From NCBI GenBank assembly GCA_041694815.1, contig JBGFSC010000033.1, positions 8,148 to 72,147 on the forward strand: 64,000 nt of DNA, in the 5' to 3' direction. Positions 18,315 through 28,670 of this stretch are shown one piece after another; the first letter of the stretch is position 1, and each line of letters begins with the position of its first letter. Position numbers and translations under genes: made by a program. A model generated the notes under the pieces. It ran no database searches, was not told the DNA's origin, and worked only from the letters and a program-made list of their open reading frames with translations. Source of the DNA: Elusimicrobiota bacterium (GTDB lineage Bacteria; Elusimicrobiota; Elusimicrobia; UBA1565; JACRDR01).

Positions 18315-19052
18315 ATGAACCCCATCCATATCGGTTGCTCCGGATTTCCCATCAATCGCGCCGGTTATTTCGGCACCCTGGCATCGGTGGAGATCCGCTC
18401 CTCGTTCATCCGACTGCCGCGCCTGGATACGGCGCGGCGCTGGCGGCAGGAGGCGCCGCGAGGATTCATCTTCTCCCTGCAAGCTACGAGCGGCATCACG
18501 CACCCCTCGCCCGGCGTTCCGGGGTCCGGCTTCTTCCGCCGCAGCGCCGCCGTCTCGGAATGCTGGAGCAGGACGGCCGAGGTGGCAGACGCCCTCAAGG
18601 CTAATTTCGTGCTCTTCGAGACTCCGGCGAGCTTCTACCCGAACGCGGACCATCTGCGGGACATGTACGCCTTCTTCAAGGGCGTGGGCCGCGGCCGGTT
18701 TTTGTTCGCATGGCAGCCGCACGGCAAATGGGAGGCGGCGCTGGTGCGCAAGATCTGCGGGGACCTGCGCCTCATCCACGCGGTCGACCCGCTGGCCGTC
18801 AAGCCGGAGGCGGGGTCCGTGCGCTACTTCCGGATGAGCGGCGCCGGTCCCGGCCGGCCGAGCTGGCGCGGGCACGGCTATAGCGACGGGGAGCTGCGGG
18901 AGCTGCGGGGGTTGTGCGAGGAGAAGGCGTCCTTCGTCTTTTTTCTCAACGCCGACATGTGGAAGGACGCGCGGCGATTTCAGGCGATGACGAACCCTAT
19001 CACACCGCTTAGGCCCTCCCGCTACTGGCCCCCCCGCGGGGGGGGCCAGTAG
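18315..19052 (+). CDS. DUF72 (YecE-like) family protein
   Basis: MNPIHIGCSGFPINRAGYF...VEIRSSFIRLP...VLFETPASFYP pattern typical of DUF72. Confidence 0.55.
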   Translation: MNPIHIGCSGFPINRAGYFGTLASVEIRSSFIRLPRLDTARRWRQEAPRGFIFSLQATSGITHPSPGVPGSGFFRRSAAVSECWSRTAEVADALKANFVLFETPASFYPNADHLRDMYAFFKGVGRGRFLFAWQPHGKWEAALVRKICGDLRLIHAVDPLAVKPEAGSVRYFRMSGAGPGRPSWRGHGYSDGELRELRGLCEEKASFVFFLNADMWKDARRFQAMTNPITPLRPSRYWPPRGGGQ

Positions 19053-19055
19053 CCT

Positions 19056-20909
19056 ATGTGCGGTATCGCCGGAGCCCTTCGCCTCGACGGGGCCCCTCCC
19101 CGCGCCGAGGCCGTCGCGGCGATGCGTGCCGCCCTGGCCCATCGCGGGCCGGACGACGAAGGGCAATGGTCCCAGGGGCCCGCCTGCTTCGGCTTCCGCC
19201 GCCTGTCGATCCTGGATTTAAGCGGCGGGCGCCAACCGATGTCCTCGGCCGACGGGAGGCTCACCGTCGTCTTCAACGGCGAAATCTATAACCATCCGCA
19301 GCTCCGCTCCGAGCTGGAGGCGGCGGGCGCACGCTACCGCACGCGTTCGGACACCGAGACCATACTCCATCTCTACGAGCGATACGGCGCCGGCGCCTTG
19401 GGTCGCCTACGCGGCATGTTCGCCGTCGCGTTATGGGACTCCTCCAGCGCGGAGCTACTGCTCGCCCGCGACCCGATCGGTATCAAGCCCCTTTATTACA
19501 GCGCCGGCCCGCGCGAGCTGCTTTTCGCCTCCGAATTGCGCGCCTTGGTGGCCGGGGGCGTCTCGACGCGGCTCGATGAGCGCGGCGTTTGGGAATACCT
19601 GCTCGACGGCTTCGTGCGCGCCCCGCGCACGGCCCTCGCGAGCGTCCGCAAGCTGCCGCCGGGGCATCTGCTGAGGGCCGGCGCCGCGGGCGTGCGCGTC
19701 GAGCGATTCTGGAGCCCTCCGCCGGCGCAGACCCGCATCGACGACGAACGGGAGGCTTTGGAGCGGCTGGAGTCCCTGCTCCTCGATTCGGTCCGCTCGC
19801 AAATGCTTAGCGACGTGCCGGTCGGAGCGTTCTTGAGCGGGGGGGTCGATTCGAGCCTGGTGGCCGCCCTCATGACGCGGGCCTCGCCCCGCCCGGTCTC
19901 CACATTCTCGATCGGCTTTTCCGGAGCGCGTCCCGGGCTCGACGAGTCCGCTTACGCCAGGACGGTCGCCCGGCATTTGGGAACCGACCATCACGAGCTG
20001 GTCCTCGGGGCTCGGGTGCTCGACGACCTCGAGCGGCTCTCGGAGTGCTTAGACGAGCCGGTGGCCGATTCGGCGATGCTGCCGACCCTGCTCTTGTCGC
20101 GCTTCGCCCGCGAACGCGTGAAGGTCGTTCTCACCGGAGAGGGTGCTGACGAGCTTTTCGCCGGGTATAACCGGTACAAGGCGGCTCTCCTTTCCGAGCG
20201 CATCCAAGGCCTTCCGGGCTGGCTACGGCCGCCGGCCGCCGCGCTCGCCCGGCGCCTCGGCCGGGGCCGCGTATTCGAGGGCATCCCCTATTCCTCGCTG
20301 GTCGACTGGGCCTCGGCCTTAAGGCACGGGGACGCGGCCGGGCTGCGTTCGGTTTGCGCGCCGGAATTTTTCGAAAGCGCGAGCCGCGAGCCGGCGCCGG
20401 ATGGCTGGGAGCGGCCCGGCCTCGACGCCGCATTGGCCTACGACCTACGCAACGTGCTCTGCGACGCGCTGCTCATGAAGGTCGACAAATCGAGCATGCG
20501 CGCTTCCTTGGAGGCTCGCGTCCCTTTCCTGGACCCGGGGCTGGTCTCCTTCGCGGCCCGGCTCCACCCGAGCCTCAAGATGCGCCGCTTCAAGGGCAAA
20601 TACCTGCTGCGGCGCCTGGCGGAGAAGCTACTCCCGCGGTCCATCGCCTGGCGGCGCAAGCACGGCTTCATCGTGCCTTGGGAAGAATGGCTGAGCCGTC
20701 CCTCCGAGGCGACCTCCGCCTTGCTCAGCGGCCAGACGTTAAGGGACTGCGGTATTTTCGACCTGGCGGCCGTCGGGCGCCTGCGCGGCGCCTTGATCGC
20801 GGGACGCGCCGGCGACGCGGGGCTGCTATTTAGGGTGGCGGTGTTCGCCTTGTGGCTCGACGGGATTCAAGAAAAAGCCGAAAAATTGATAGCATATCGC
20901 CGCTCATGA
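19056..20909 (+). CDS. asnB: asparagine synthetase (glutamine-hydrolysing)
   Basis: N-terminal MCGIAG nucleophile. SGGVDSS PP-loop. About 617 aa. Confidence 0.85.
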   Translation: MCGIAGALRLDGAPPRAEAVAAMRAALAHRGPDDEGQWSQGPACFGFRRLSILDLSGGRQPMSSADGRLTVVFNGEIYNHPQLRSELEAAGARYRTRSDTETILHLYERYGAGALGRLRGMFAVALWDSSSAELLLARDPIGIKPLYYSAGPRELLFASELRALVAGGVSTRLDERGVWEYLLDGFVRAPRTALASVRKLPPGHLLRAGAAGVRVERFWSPPPAQTRIDDEREALERLESLLLDSVRSQMLSDVPVGAFLSGGVDSSLVAALMTRASPRPVSTFSIGFSGARPGLDESAYARTVARHLGTDHHELVLGARVLDDLERLSECLDEPVADSAMLPTLLLSRFARERVKVVLTGEGADELFAGYNRYKAALLSERIQGLPGWLRPPAAALARRLGRGRVFEGIPYSSLVDWASALRHGDAAGLRSVCAPEFFESASREPAPDGWERPGLDAALAYDLRNVLCDALLMKVDKSSMRASLEARVPFLDPGLVSFAARLHPSLKMRRFKGKYLLRRLAEKLLPRSIAWRRKHGFIVPWEEWLSRPSEATSALLSGQTLRDCGIFDLAAVGRLRGALIAGRAGDAGLLFRVAVFALWLDGIQEKAEKLIAYRRS

Positions 20910-22420
20910 GGCGCGCCTTGTGGGGCCTGCTGCTCGTTCTCGCGGCGCCGGCGCACGCCGGCAAAATCCGCCTCGTCGTCTACCACACCAACGACGTGCA
21001 CGGCTGGATCATGGCGCAGCCGGCGACATTCTCGGCCGACGTCTCCTCGCGGATGATCGGCGGCTACCCGGCGCTGGCCCGCCTGCTCTCGCGCGAGAAA
21101 TTGCCCCGCCTGCTGCTCGACGGCGGCGACTGGTTCCAGGGCACGCCGGAGGGCACGCTCACCAACGGCCGCGCCGTCGCCGAGTGCATGAACGCCGTGG
21201 GCTACGACGCGGTGGTGGTGGGCAACCATGACTTCGACCTGGGTCAGGGAAGGCTGCGGGAGCTGGTGTCGGCCCTCAAGATGCCCGTGCTGGGCGCCAA
21301 CGTCTACGATGCCGAGGGCCGCCGCGCCGATTTCGTCAAGCCCTACGTCCTGCGCCGGGTAGGGGGGGTTCGGATCGGCATCTTCGGCCTGCTGACCTCG
21401 GAGATGCGCCGCCTGAGCTTTCCCAAGAACATCGCGGGCTTGCGCTTTAGGCGCGAGGTCGACGAGGCGCGCGAGATGGTGCGGCAATTGCGCCGCGAGG
21501 GCGCCGACGTGATCATCGCCGTCAACCACGTCGGCTTCGAGAATCCCGACGGCTCCGCCTTCGAGGGGGACAAGTTCCTGGCCTCCGAGGTGCCCGGCAT
21601 CGATTTGATCGTCGGCGGGCATACGCACACCCGCCTGCGCCATCCCGTCCGCGATCCGAGAAACGGCACGCTGATCGTGCAGGCGGGATGCTACCTGACC
21701 CAGGTCGGCAAGGTGACCTTGGATATCGACCCGGCGACGAAGAAGGTCATTCATTCGGAAGGGCGCCTGATCAACCTATGGGTCGACGAGCTGGGCGAGG
21801 ACGCGCGGCTCAAGAAAATCGTCGATAGGCACCACCGTTCGGTTGACGGGCAGCTCAACCAGGTCATCGGCACCGCGGCCGAAGCGCTCGACCGAGGCTA
21901 TCACGAGGAATCGGCCTTGGGCAATTGGGTCACCGATTGCTCCCGATCGTGGGCCGGCACGGAGCTCGCTTTCCAGAACTCGGGCGGGCTACGCCGCAGC
22001 CTGCCGGCGGGGCCGGTGACCGTGCGGCGGATATTCGAGATCATGCCTTTCGAGAATGCGGTCGCCACCTTCACCATCACCGGGGCGCAGGTCCGCGAGG
22101 CGCTCGAGCATGGGGTTTCCGGCAGGCGGGGGGTGCTCCAAGTCGGGGGGCTGCGTTTCACCTACGATCCGAGGGCCGCGGTAGGCCGCCGGGTGCGCGA
22201 GATATGGGTCAACGGCGCGCCATTGGAGGAGGAGCGCCGCTACAGCGCCTCGGCGGCCGACTTCATGCTTGAAAGCGGCGACGGGTCCGCGGTGTTCCAG
22301 GAAGTCGCGGATAAAACAGTGACCCCCCTCTTGGTTCGGGACATGCTCTTGTGGTGCGCCGAAAACCATTCTCCGATCCACGCGCCCCCGAAAAATCGTA
22401 TGATGGAGCTCAAGGACTGA
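20906..22420 (+). CDS. secreted bifunctional metallophosphatase/5'-nucleotidase (UshA-like)
   Basis: SP MRRALWGLLLVLAAPAHA. HTNDVHG, GGDWFQGT, GNHDFD and NHVGF metallophosphoesterase motifs, plus a C-terminal 5'-nucleotidase domain. Confidence 0.75.
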   Translation: MRRALWGLLLVLAAPAHAGKIRLVVYHTNDVHGWIMAQPATFSADVSSRMIGGYPALARLLSREKLPRLLLDGGDWFQGTPEGTLTNGRAVAECMNAVGYDAVVVGNHDFDLGQGRLRELVSALKMPVLGANVYDAEGRRADFVKPYVLRRVGGVRIGIFGLLTSEMRRLSFPKNIAGLRFRREVDEAREMVRQLRREGADVIIAVNHVGFENPDGSAFEGDKFLASEVPGIDLIVGGHTHTRLRHPVRDPRNGTLIVQAGCYLTQVGKVTLDIDPATKKVIHSEGRLINLWVDELGEDARLKKIVDRHHRSVDGQLNQVIGTAAEALDRGYHEESALGNWVTDCSRSWAGTELAFQNSGGLRRSLPAGPVTVRRIFEIMPFENAVATFTITGAQVREALEHGVSGRRGVLQVGGLRFTYDPRAAVGRRVREIWVNGAPLEEERRYSASAADFMLESGDGSAVFQEVADKTVTPLLVRDMLLWCAENHSPIHAPPKNRMMELKD

Positions 22421-22421
22421 C

Positions 22422-23009
22422 ATGCTCGAAAAGGCCAAGGTGAAGGTAGAGAAGTTCTGGACCTTCGGCAAGAAGACGCTGGCGGCCCTAAGCTTCTGGG
22501 GCCTGGTGTTTAGCCTCGTCACCATCGGGCGCCTGCGCGCCGCCTTCGACTACGACGACACCTTGGTGGACTCAACACCCGCCTTCAACAAGGCCTTTAA
22601 GAGCGGCTCGCAGCCCTTCTCGACCCAGTTCTGGTCCGTCGTCAACCGCAACTACGACCTCGAGCGGCGCAAGCTCTTGAGCAACGCCCTGGCCTGGACG
22701 CTGAGGATTTTCGGCTTCAAGATCACGATCATCGCGACCCGCCCGCCGGTGGAGGCGGAGGCCCTGCGCAAGGAGTGGCGGCATCTGGCCGCGCAATTCG
22801 TGTTCTCGGAGAATCGCGCGGCGCGGCATCTGCTGCTCAAGCAGGCCAATTACGTGCTCTTCTTCGGCGATTCCGATTCCGACATCCAGGCCGGCCGTAA
22901 CGCGAACGTGTTCACCGCCAGAATTCGCCGTAGTCCCAAGTCCTCGTATAAGGAGGATTATCATCCCGGTGCCCTGGCCGAGTGGGTCATTCCCTTGAGC
23001 GAATACTAA
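22422..23009 (+). CDS. HAD-superfamily phosphatase, class B acid phosphatase (AphA)-like
   Basis: N-terminal TM/SP. Motif I FDYDDTLV. Motif IV FGDSDSDI. Confidence 0.5.
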   Translation: MLEKAKVKVEKFWTFGKKTLAALSFWGLVFSLVTIGRLRAAFDYDDTLVDSTPAFNKAFKSGSQPFSTQFWSVVNRNYDLERRKLLSNALAWTLRIFGFKITIIATRPPVEAEALRKEWRHLAAQFVFSENRAARHLLLKQANYVLFFGDSDSDIQAGRNANVFTARIRRSPKSSYKEDYHPGALAEWVIPLSEY

Positions 23010-24446
23010 ATGGATATTCCCGACCATTCCGCCGCGTACCGCTTCCGCCGGATGCTCAATTGGTTTCCGCTCGGCCTAGCCTACGCTTTCTTCTACATGG
23101 GCCGTTACAATCTGACGGTCGCCAAAAGCGCGCTAGGCGACGCCCTGATGACCAAGGCGGACTTCGGAACGATATTCGCCGTCGGCGCTTGGGTCTATGG
23201 CCTGTCCTTCTTGGTGACGGGACCTCTTACCGACAAGCTCGGCGGGCGCAAAGCCATGCTCGCGGGCACCGCCGGCGCGATTGCGGCCAACCTCCTCATG
23301 GGATTGACGCTCTATGGAATCGCGAATTGGGGATGGACAGTCCCGATCTTCTGGTCCTTCATGATTCTCTACGCGGTTAACATGCATTTTCAGAGTTACG
23401 GCGCCGTCGCCATCGTCACGGTCAAGGCGCCGTGGTTCCATGTGCGCGAGCGCGGGACGTTCTCGACGATCTTCGCCGTCATGATCACGCTCGGCATCTT
23501 CTTCGCCTTCGATTGGGGCTTCGCGATCGTCGGCGCGACGCGGAGCCTGCCGCCTGAATCGCTCGGCTTCTGGGGAGCGGTTTTTAAATCCATGATTCCG
23601 GCCGGCGCGGGGGTTGACAGGAACTGGTGGCTCTTCTTCATGCCGGCGTGGCTCCTGGGCGCGTGCTGGGCGGCGATGTTTCTTTGGCTTCGCGACAATC
23701 CCAGCGAAGCCGGCTTTAAGGACTTCGACACGGGAGAGGAATCCGTCTCGCATGACGGCAAGCGCCTGCCGGTGCGCGAGGTTTTCTATAAGATTGTCAC
23801 GCACCCAGTCCTGATCGTCGTTTGCGGTATCGAATTCTGCAGCGGCGTGCTGCGCAACGGCATCATGCATTGGTATCCTCTCTTCGCCGCCGAGGTTGGA
23901 TTCAAGAAATCGTTCTGGATCACCCAAAACTGGGGCTTGACGCTGCTCATCGCCGGGGTGGCCGGCGCTTTCCTTACGGGCTGGGCTTCCGACCGACTAT
24001 TCCAGTCCCGCCGCGCGCCGATGGCGGCCATCCTCTACGGGCTGATGGCGGTCAGTTCGCTCGTGATGGCATTGACGCTCGGCAAGTCGCTGTGGTGGGG
24101 AGGAGCGGCGACGCTGCTCATTTCGCTCTCCGTTATCGGCGTCCACGGCATCCTGTCGGGAACGTCGACTGCAGATTTCGGAGGCGCCAAAAACGCGGGC
24201 GCCGCGGTCGGCGTTGTCGATGGCATGGTTTATCTTGGCACGGGCCTGCAATCGGTAATCATCGGTAACATCACCCCGGTCGGAGAGGCCGCCAAGGATC
24301 CCGGCAATTGGTTTTGGTGGCCTATGTTTCTTGTGCCGTTCTCATTTATCGGCCTCGTTCTGTCGGCGAGAATATGGAACGCCGTGCCGAGGAAGGCCGG
24401 AGCATCGGTCCCGGTACCAAATACCGCAGAAGCGGCGGCAGCCTAG
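23010..24446 (+). CDS. MFS transporter, possibly an organophosphate:phosphate antiporter (GlpT/UhpT)-like
   Basis: About 12 hydrophobic segments. FYMGRYNLTVA and PLTDKLGGRKAM loops resemble the GlpT/UhpT family. The family call is by inspection only. Confidence 0.55.
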   Translation: MDIPDHSAAYRFRRMLNWFPLGLAYAFFYMGRYNLTVAKSALGDALMTKADFGTIFAVGAWVYGLSFLVTGPLTDKLGGRKAMLAGTAGAIAANLLMGLTLYGIANWGWTVPIFWSFMILYAVNMHFQSYGAVAIVTVKAPWFHVRERGTFSTIFAVMITLGIFFAFDWGFAIVGATRSLPPESLGFWGAVFKSMIPAGAGVDRNWWLFFMPAWLLGACWAAMFLWLRDNPSEAGFKDFDTGEESVSHDGKRLPVREVFYKIVTHPVLIVVCGIEFCSGVLRNGIMHWYPLFAAEVGFKKSFWITQNWGLTLLIAGVAGAFLTGWASDRLFQSRRAPMAAILYGLMAVSSLVMALTLGKSLWWGGAATLLISLSVIGVHGILSGTSTADFGGAKNAGAAVGVVDGMVYLGTGLQSVIIGNITPVGEAAKDPGNWFWWPMFLVPFSFIGLVLSARIWNAVPRKAGASVPVPNTAEAAAA

Positions 24447-24521
24447 CGGGTCTCATTTCCTCAAAAAGTACCAATCTTCTAAGGACACAGCTTTTTCCTG
24501 GTTAAAGGCGATTTTCTTATG

Positions 24522-24529
24522 CTATAATT
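24522..24529 (+). promoter_or_regulatory. candidate -10 element (tataat) upstream of tpiA and the BMC gene run
   Basis: Exact tataat at about 24523-24528 in an AT-rich 130-bp intergenic region before tpiA. No strong -35. Confidence 0.25.
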
Positions 24530-24578
24530 GTGCCCTGTCGTTGACGGTGCCGTTTGTGGCCAAATTGACCACAATCGA

Positions 24579-25373
24579 ATGACATCCACGCTTAGACGGC
24601 CGATCATCGCGGGCAATTGGAAGATGAATTTGAGCCTGCGGGAATCGGCCGATTTGATTCGCGCCCTGCTCGACGGCATCCCCGCCCCAGGCTCGGGTCC
24701 CGAGATCATTGTTGCCCCTCCCTTCACCGCCTTGACCGTGGCCGCCGAGCTTCTTAGGGGCCGGCCCGTGCGCCTGGCGGCTCAAAATCTCTTTTGGGAG
24801 AAATCCGGGGCTTTCACCGGCGAGATATCTCCCGCCCAGCTCAAGGACGCCGGCTGTTCCGCGGTGATCATAGGCCACTCGGAACGCCGCAGGCTTTTCG
24901 GCGACAGCGACGCCTCCGTGGCCAAGAAGCTCAAGGCGGCGCTGGGCGAGGGGCTCCTCCCAATCGTCTGCATCGGCGAGACCTTGGAGGAACGCGAAGG
25001 CCAGAAAACCTACCGGGTGCTTGAGACCCAGATCCAGGGGGCCCTGCAGGGACTGGCACCGTCCGAGCTGGCGACCCTGGTGATCGCCTACGAGCCGGTC
25101 TGGGCCATCGGCACGGGCAAAACGGCCACGCCGGCCCAGGCCCAGGACGCGCATCTGTTCATCCGCAAGCAATTAGCGAGGCTGCACGGCGAGGGCTTCG
25201 CCCAGGCCGCGCGAATCCTATACGGGGGATCGGTGGCCCCGGAGAACATCGACTCCCTGATGGCGCAGCCGGATGTCGACGGCGCCTTAGTCGGGGGGGC
25301 CAGCCTAAAACCCGTTTCATTCCTCAGGATCGTTCATTATAAAAAGGAGATTTTGCATGGATCAAAATCCTGA
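24579..25373 (+). CDS. tpiA: triosephosphate isomerase
   Basis: [34 protein letters not shown]. Confidence 0.85.
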   Translation: MTSTLRRPIIAGNWKMNLSLRESADLIRALLDGIPAPGSGPEIIVAPPFTALTVAAELLRGRPVRLAAQNLFWEKSGAFTGEISPAQLKDAGCSAVIIGHSERRRLFGDSDASVAKKLKAALGEGLLPIVCIGETLEEREGQKTYRVLETQIQGALQGLAPSELATLVIAYEPVWAIGTGKTATPAQAQDAHLFIRKQLARLHGEGFAQAARILYGGSVAPENIDSLMAQPDVDGALVGGASLKPVSFLRIVHYKKEILHGSKS

Positions 25374-25995
25374 ATTGGCCAAGCGGATCACCGAAAAGGT
25401 GGTCGAGAGGATGGAGCGCTCCAAGACTCCGATTCCCGTCGGCGTGTCCAACCGGCATGCCCATCTGGACCAGGCGCATTGGGACATCCTTTTCGGCAAG
25501 GAGCTCTCCCCCCGCAAGTTCCGCTCGGTCAAGCAGCCTGGTTTCTTCGCCTGCTACGAGACCGTCGACATCGAGGGCCCCAAGGGTAAAATCTCCAACG
25601 TGCGTCTCATCGCCCCGCACCGCCCCAAGACCCAGATCGAAATTTCTAAAACCGACGCCAGCACGCTGGGCCTGCGCCCCCCGGTGCGGGACTCGGGCAA
25701 GCTGGAAGGGTCGGCCCCCGTGCGCATCATCGGCCCCAAGGGCTCCATCGAGATCAAGGAGGGGCTCATCATCGCCCGGCGGCACATCCATTTCCACCCG
25801 CTCGAAGCCAAGGCCATGGGCGTGCAGGACGGCGAGATCGTCCGGGTACGCGCGGGATCGGGCGGCATCCGCGAACTGATTTTCGAGCAGGTCTTGGTGA
25901 GGGTCTCCGACCAGTTCAGCTTGGAGATCCACCTGGACACGGACGAGGCCAACGCCGCATGGGTGAAGTCGGGCGACTTGGTGAATATCTGTTAA
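25357..25995 (+). CDS. pduL: phosphate acyltransferase PduL (BMC-associated phosphotransacylase)
   Basis: Two PduL repeats with [10 protein letters not shown] and [11 protein letters not shown]-terminal [14 protein letters not shown] matches the PduL end almost exactly. Confidence 0.85.
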   Translation: MDQNPELAKRITEKVVERMERSKTPIPVGVSNRHAHLDQAHWDILFGKELSPRKFRSVKQPGFFACYETVDIEGPKGKISNVRLIAPHRPKTQIEISKTDASTLGLRPPVRDSGKLEGSAPVRIIGPKGSIEIKEGLIIARRHIHFHPLEAKAMGVQDGEIVRVRAGSGGIRELIFEQVLVRVSDQFSLEIHLDTDEANAAWVKSGDLVNIC

Positions 25996-26005
25996 GGAGG
26001 AGAAC

Positions 26006-26305
26006 ATGGATGCTCTGGGAATGATCGAGACGAGGGGCCTGGTGGCCTGCGTGGAAGCCGCCGACGCGGCGGTCAAGGCCGCCAACGTGCGGCTGGTGGG
26101 TTATGAGAAGGTGGGCACGGGACTGGTGACGGTGCTCTTCCGCGGAGAGGTCGCGGCCTGCCGGGCCGCCTGCGACGCGGGAGCCGCCGGCGCGCAGAAG
26201 GTGGGCGAGCTCGTGGCGGTGCACGTGATCCCGCAGCCTCACCCCGACCTCGAGGGCAAGATGCCCATCTCGCTGCCCGAGACGGTCAATCGCGGGAGGA
26301 AGTAA
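26006..26305 (+). CDS. BMC shell protein, BMC-H (Pfam00936-type hexamer)
   Basis: [52 protein letters not shown]...VHVIPQPH. Confidence 0.85.
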   Translation: MDALGMIETRGLVACVEAADAAVKAANVRLVGYEKVGTGLVTVLFRGEVAACRAACDAGAAGAQKVGELVAVHVIPQPHPDLEGKMPISLPETVNRGRK

Positions 26306-26371
26306 CCGTCGTGGGATTAAAACGAATAGGCCCCCTCGGCTACTCGCCTCCCCGTGGGGGAGGCGAGTGAC

Positions 26372-26677
26372 ATGATATTTGCCAAGGTCGTCGGCACCGT
26401 CGTTTGCACGCTTAAGGACGAGAAGCTCGTCGGCACCAAATTGCTCCTGGTCCAGCCGGTGGACTTGGGTCGCCAGCCGAAGGGAAATCCCATCGTCGCC
26501 GTCGATGCCGTCGGCGCCGGCGAGGGGGAGCTGGTGCTGCTGGTGCAAGGATCGAGCGCCCGGCAGACCGTGCGCACCGAGAGCCGCCCCGTCGACTGCG
26601 CGATCTTCGCCATCGTCGACACCGTCGAGAAGGAGGGCAAGACCCTCTTCCACAAAGGCCAGGAGGCCGCCGCCTGA
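26372..26677 (+). CDS. BMC vertex protein BMC-P (EutN/CcmL/PduN family), copy 1
   Basis: MIFAKVVGTVVCT...KLLLVQP...VAVDAVGAGEGELVLL pattern of pentamer proteins. Confidence 0.75.
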   Translation: MIFAKVVGTVVCTLKDEKLVGTKLLLVQPVDLGRQPKGNPIVAVDAVGAGEGELVLLVQGSSARQTVRTESRPVDCAIFAIVDTVEKEGKTLFHKGQEAAA

Positions 26678-28110
26678 TGGCGCTCGAACAGAAGGACATC
26701 GCCGAGATCGTGGGCGAGGTGCTCAAGCGGCTGAGCGCGCTTCCAGCGGATCGGCCGCCCGCCCCGCAGGCGACGGGGACAGGCGTGGTGTTCGCCTCCG
26801 TGGACGAGGCGGTGCGGGCGGCGGCCAAGGCGCAGGCCGCCTTCCAGGAGCTCGGCCTCGAGAAGAGGCGCGCCGTCATCGCGGCGATGCGCGAGGCGGC
26901 CGTCTCGAGCGCCGAACGCTGGGCCAAGATGGCTGTCGAGGAGACCGGCATGGGGCGCTGGCAGGACAAGGTCCAAAAAAACCTCGTCTGCGCCAAGAAG
27001 ACTCCCGGAGTCGAGGACCTGCAGTCGCGTTCTTACACGGGGGACACGGGCCTGACCTTGGTCGAATACGCGCCCTACGGAGTCGTCGCGGCGGTCACGC
27101 CCTCCACCAATCCGGCCGCCACCATCATCAACAACTCGATCTCGATACTCTCGGCGGGTAACAGCGTGGTGTTCGCGCCCCACCCCGCGGCTAAGAGGGT
27201 CTGCCAGGACGCGATGAGGGCCTTAAGCGAGGCCGCCGTTTCCGCCGGGGCGCCCGCCGGAGTGATTACTACCTTCGCCGAGGCGACGCAGGAGAACACC
27301 AAGGCCTTGCTCGCGCATCCCGAGGTCCGCGTCAACATGGTCACCGGCGGCCCGGCCATCGTTAAGGTCGCCATGACCACCGGCAAGACCTGCAAGACCA
27401 TCGCCGCCGGGCCGGGAAATCCGCCTGCTGTCGTTGATGAGACAGCCCTTTTTCCTAAATGCGCCTCCGACATCATCTTCGGGGCGAGCTTCGACAACTG
27501 CGTGCTCTGCACGGCGGAGAAGGAGGCGATCGTCACGCAGGCGGCCCGCGAGCGCTTCCTCAACTCGATGCGCTCCGACTCGAGGGCCTTCGAGCTTTCC
27601 CCCAAGCAGCTCGAGCAATTGACCGCCCTGGTCATCCAGGAGGGCGGGCGCGGCTGCAAGGATCCTCGGCTTAACCGCGACTATGTCGGCCGCGACGCCG
27701 CCGTCATCGCCAAGGGCATCGGGCTCAGCCTCCCGGAGGGCGCGCGGCTTTTATGGGCCGAGGTCCCCAACGATCACCCCCTGATCTGGACCGAGCAGCT
27801 CATGCCTGTCCTGCCGGTGACCGTCGCCCGCGACGTGGACGCCGCCATAGAATTGGCCTACGAGGCCGAGGGCGGCAATCACCACACCGCCTCGATGCAC
27901 TCGATGAACGTCGACCATCTCACGCGCATGGCGCGGCGCATGCAATGCTCCATCTTCGTCAAGAACGCCCCGACGCTATACGGATTGGGCCTGGGGGAGG
28001 GCTACGCCTCGATGTCGATCGGCACGCCGACGGGAGACGGGTTGACCAAGGCGAGCCATTTCGCCCGGCCGCTGCATTGCAGCCTGGTCGGGTATTTTAG
28101 GATCGCTTAG
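26677..28110 (+). CDS. CoA-acylating aldehyde dehydrogenase (PduP/EutE-like) with an N-terminal encapsulation-peptide-like helix
   Basis: ALDH fold with catalytic FDNCVLCTAEKE. N-terminal amphipathic DIAEIVGEVLKRL followed by a Pro-rich linker. Confidence 0.8.
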   Translation: MALEQKDIAEIVGEVLKRLSALPADRPPAPQATGTGVVFASVDEAVRAAAKAQAAFQELGLEKRRAVIAAMREAAVSSAERWAKMAVEETGMGRWQDKVQKNLVCAKKTPGVEDLQSRSYTGDTGLTLVEYAPYGVVAAVTPSTNPAATIINNSISILSAGNSVVFAPHPAAKRVCQDAMRALSEAAVSAGAPAGVITTFAEATQENTKALLAHPEVRVNMVTGGPAIVKVAMTTGKTCKTIAAGPGNPPAVVDETALFPKCASDIIFGASFDNCVLCTAEKEAIVTQAARERFLNSMRSDSRAFELSPKQLEQLTALVIQEGGRGCKDPRLNRDYVGRDAAVIAKGIGLSLPEGARLLWAEVPNDHPLIWTEQLMPVLPVTVARDVDAAIELAYEAEGGNHHTASMHSMNVDHLTRMARRMQCSIFVKNAPTLYGLGLGEGYASMSIGTPTGDGLTKASHFARPLHCSLVGYFRIA

Positions 28111-28118
28111 GAGGAAGC

Positions 28119-28670
28119 ATGCAAGCCAATCTCGCGGTGGGACTTCTGGAGACCTCCTCGATCGCCCGCGGCATCGAGGCGGCCGACGCGATGTGCAAGA
28201 CGGCGTCGGTGACCTTGAATAAGACCAATATCATCGCCCGCGGAAAATACACGATCTTGATCTCGGGGCCCGTCGGGGAGGTTGAATCCTCGCTGCGCGC
28301 CGGCATTGAGATCGCCAAGGACTCCGTCATCCATCAATTCATCATCCGCAACGTGCACCAGCAAGTGCTCGACGCCTTGGAGAAGCGCCTGCCGGTGGAG
28401 GCCTTGGAGGCTGTCGGCATCATCGAGACGAAGGAGGCCATCGCGGCCGTGCACGCCGCGGACTCCGCGGCGAAGGCGGCCCGCGTGCATCTGCTCGAGG
28501 TGAGGGCCGTCGTGCCCGGAGGCAAGGGGCTCGTGACCATGACGGGCGAAGTCGGCGCCGTGCGCTCGGCGGTGGCCGCGGGCATCGCCTCCGTTCCGCA
28601 GGGGATGCTCGTCAGCCATGTCATTATCCCGCAGGCGGATCGGCAGTTATTGGGCGCGGTCGGCAAATGA
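28119..28670 (+). CDS. tandem-domain BMC shell protein (BMC-T, PduT-like)
   Basis: Two BMC domains of about 90 aa each (VGLLETSSIARGIEAADAMCKTASV... and VGIIETKEAIAAVHAADSAAKAARV...) in 183 aa. Confidence 0.65.
   Translation: MQANLAVGLLETSSIARGIEAADAMCKTASVTLNKTNIIARGKYTILISGPVGEVESSLRAGIEIAKDSVIHQFIIRNVHQQVLDALEKRLPVEALEAVGIIETKEAIAAVHAADSAAKAARVHLLEVRAVVPGGKGLVTMTGEVGAVRSAVAAGIASVPQGMLVSHVIIPQADRQLLGAVGK

Noticed and set aside
28119-28670. Reading the 183-aa shell protein as two separate BMC-H genes
   Set aside because: No stop or start between the two BMC domains. The continuous frame and roughly 90+90 aa layout fit a tandem BMC-T protein.
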